Position numbers and translations under genes: made by a program
In this document: one piece after another, positions 62,370 to 64,000 of the stretch
Position numbering within the stretch: the first letter of the stretch is position 1
Layout: the number at the start of each line of letters is the position of its first letter
Assembly (NCBI GenBank): GCA_015680685.1
Contig: MNCI01001903.1
Coordinates: 1-64,000 of the forward strand
Direction: 5' to 3'
Origin: Gnetum montanum
Taxonomy: Eukaryota; Plantae; Gnetophyta
DNA length: 64,000 nucleotides
Notes under the pieces: model-generated
Seen by the model: the letters and a program-made list of their open reading frames with translations, nothing else
Databases searched by the model: none
Told to the model about the DNA's origin: nothing

Positions 62370-64000
62370 TTGTCATTGTTCAAACCTCATAAATAAAATC
62401 ATGCGTAAATCACAATTACGCATCCCCCCTAGTGCCACTATCACCCGTATCCCTTAAGTCCGCCTCTAAGCCTAATAAATCATCTTCGAAGGGGCCGTCC
62501 CTTTTAGGGGGCATTCCTTCATGAGGAATGTCTTCTTCATGGGGCTCTTGCACTAACACTTGCTCCCCAAGGGGATGGTCTGTGTCGTTACGCTCTCCCT
62601 CCTGAATGTGCTCTTCATCCTACTCATCTTCTTCATCCATTCTGTGTAGCTACATACAATAAATACATAAGCAAAAGCCATAATAGGACAAGTTAAAAAA
62701 TTTAAATTCAATAACGTTCAAACTTGCTCGTGATGGTCCTGCATCTGCAGCAAAGGGGAGTTGATCTAAACCGACCCACAGGCATTGCATAATTTCGTCT
62801 TCAGTTAACTCAGACCAAACTCTGTTCCCCAGATTAGTTCCAACCTTCACCTTCCCTTTCTCCATGCTAGTCCATCGAGGTGGTTCGGGGAAGAAGGTAG
62901 GGACTGTAGTCTCTTCCCCGGGAAGAGTAATTTCCCTTTCCGGGGACGCACTTACTGTCACTTGCTCCTGGAACTTCTTGAAGGCCTTAGATGCACCAAT
63001 GACATCAAGGAACAACTGCAAAGATTGAGCTTCAACGGCAGAATCTCGATAGTGCTGATGATAAGTGATACTTTCTTGCTTATACAGATGCTTATGATCT
63101 TTTTGTTTCTACCCCCACTCTTGGACACTTGCTTGAAAATCCTTCCAGTCCTGGTTTTTCTGGGCCAAGAGCTCTATTTGCATCCTTTGCTCCACCAATT
63201 CATGACTGGTTTGTACACTGTTCTTGACCGCAGTCCAGTAGTGAGCGTAGTCAATGATAGCTGTACGCCATTCCTCTTCATCCGTTCCTCGTGCTTGTAG
63301 GAATTCACATCATGATCTTAAGTGTCCGACCTCTTTGGTCAGAGACATCCTTTCCTTCTGTGACCTCTGCAGCTTCTTCCAGAGGTCTTCATTGACGTTT
63401 TGACTCTCCCACAAGGAGCGGGTCGATCATAATGCACATTTACGTATTTCCTCATAAATGTTGCATGGTACGACCACGCCATCCGGTGGAGGATCGACAG
63501 TGTCCAGGTCAATGGGCTCCGTAGAGTCCCATCGTAGGCGAGCTCCTGATAACAAATATTATCAAATGTAAATAAAAATTATAACCTTATAATAAAATAA
63601 GCGTACTATAGCCGTAACATACTAGCCCCAGGATCGATGTGCTCGAGGCACTCGATCATATCGCTGACAATGCCTTCCATGAAGGAAAACTTATCAGGGA
63701 ATTCCCCCACACTCTGCTTACAATGGCGGATGGGGATGCACCTCATTCATCTGTAGCATAATTAAGTCAAAATTTTTGGTTACTAACAGAATTCCTTAAA
63801 AATTTTTAGTAGACTGATTACCTCTGCCTATCCTAGTGGGGAGTGCGTCAAAGTTTTCCACCTCCTCTCTCTCTTCATGCACAAGGGTCTGTGCGTCACT
63901 TACTCTAATAGCCGGGGCCTCCTCTTCCAAAACTGGGGCCCCTTCCCCATGGCGTAATATCACCGCCCCTGTTTTAGGATTCAACCACTCTATAGGTCTC
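62370..64000 (-). pseudogene. 3' exons of the spliced gene antisense to T2 (>64000-63822, 63750-63623, 63545-62728, 62649-~62370)
   Basis: Splice junctions at positions matching T1; PDKFSFMEGIV.DM, NEDLWK, WTSMEKGK, GLDQLP..DAGP shared with T1; some stops and a frameshift. Confidence 0.75.

Larger units (their letters stand above)
56187..64000 (+). mobile_element. Tat/Ogre-type element T2 (younger relative of T1), running off the window
   Basis: LTR TGAAAC...GTTACA; PBS TGGCACTAGAAGGAGGG; gag-PR homologous to T1; same downstream repeats and antisense gene. Confidence 0.88.

Overview
Eukaryotic, plant-type genomic DNA: AT-rich, CpG/CHG-depleted and mostly nested, decayed LTR retrotransposons. 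There is one host gene, an intact 7-exon MIKCc-type MADS-box gene on the minus strand (CDS 18033..13607, 180 aa by manual splicing). Its MADS domain is unusually divergent and its C-terminal domain is only about 12 aa. The repeats are: five Athila-like Ty3/gypsy copies (one complete but lacking RT/RH/INT, nested in a deleted Ty1/copia element), a solo LTR inside another solo LTR, and two diverged Tat/Ogre-type elements with a tRNA-Asn PBS. The most notable structure is in the two Tat-type elements. Right after gag-protease both stop, carry tandem GGCCTAAAACTAG repeats, and then an antisense, intron-containing gene whose exon junctions match between the two copies. In the copy where RT is visible, this gene has a plant-mobile-domain-like exon and fills a 6.7 kb spacer between protease and RT that has in-phase splice sites. 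Everything was read by eye: family names come from recognised motifs, not database searches, and TE boundaries without a TSD are approximate.
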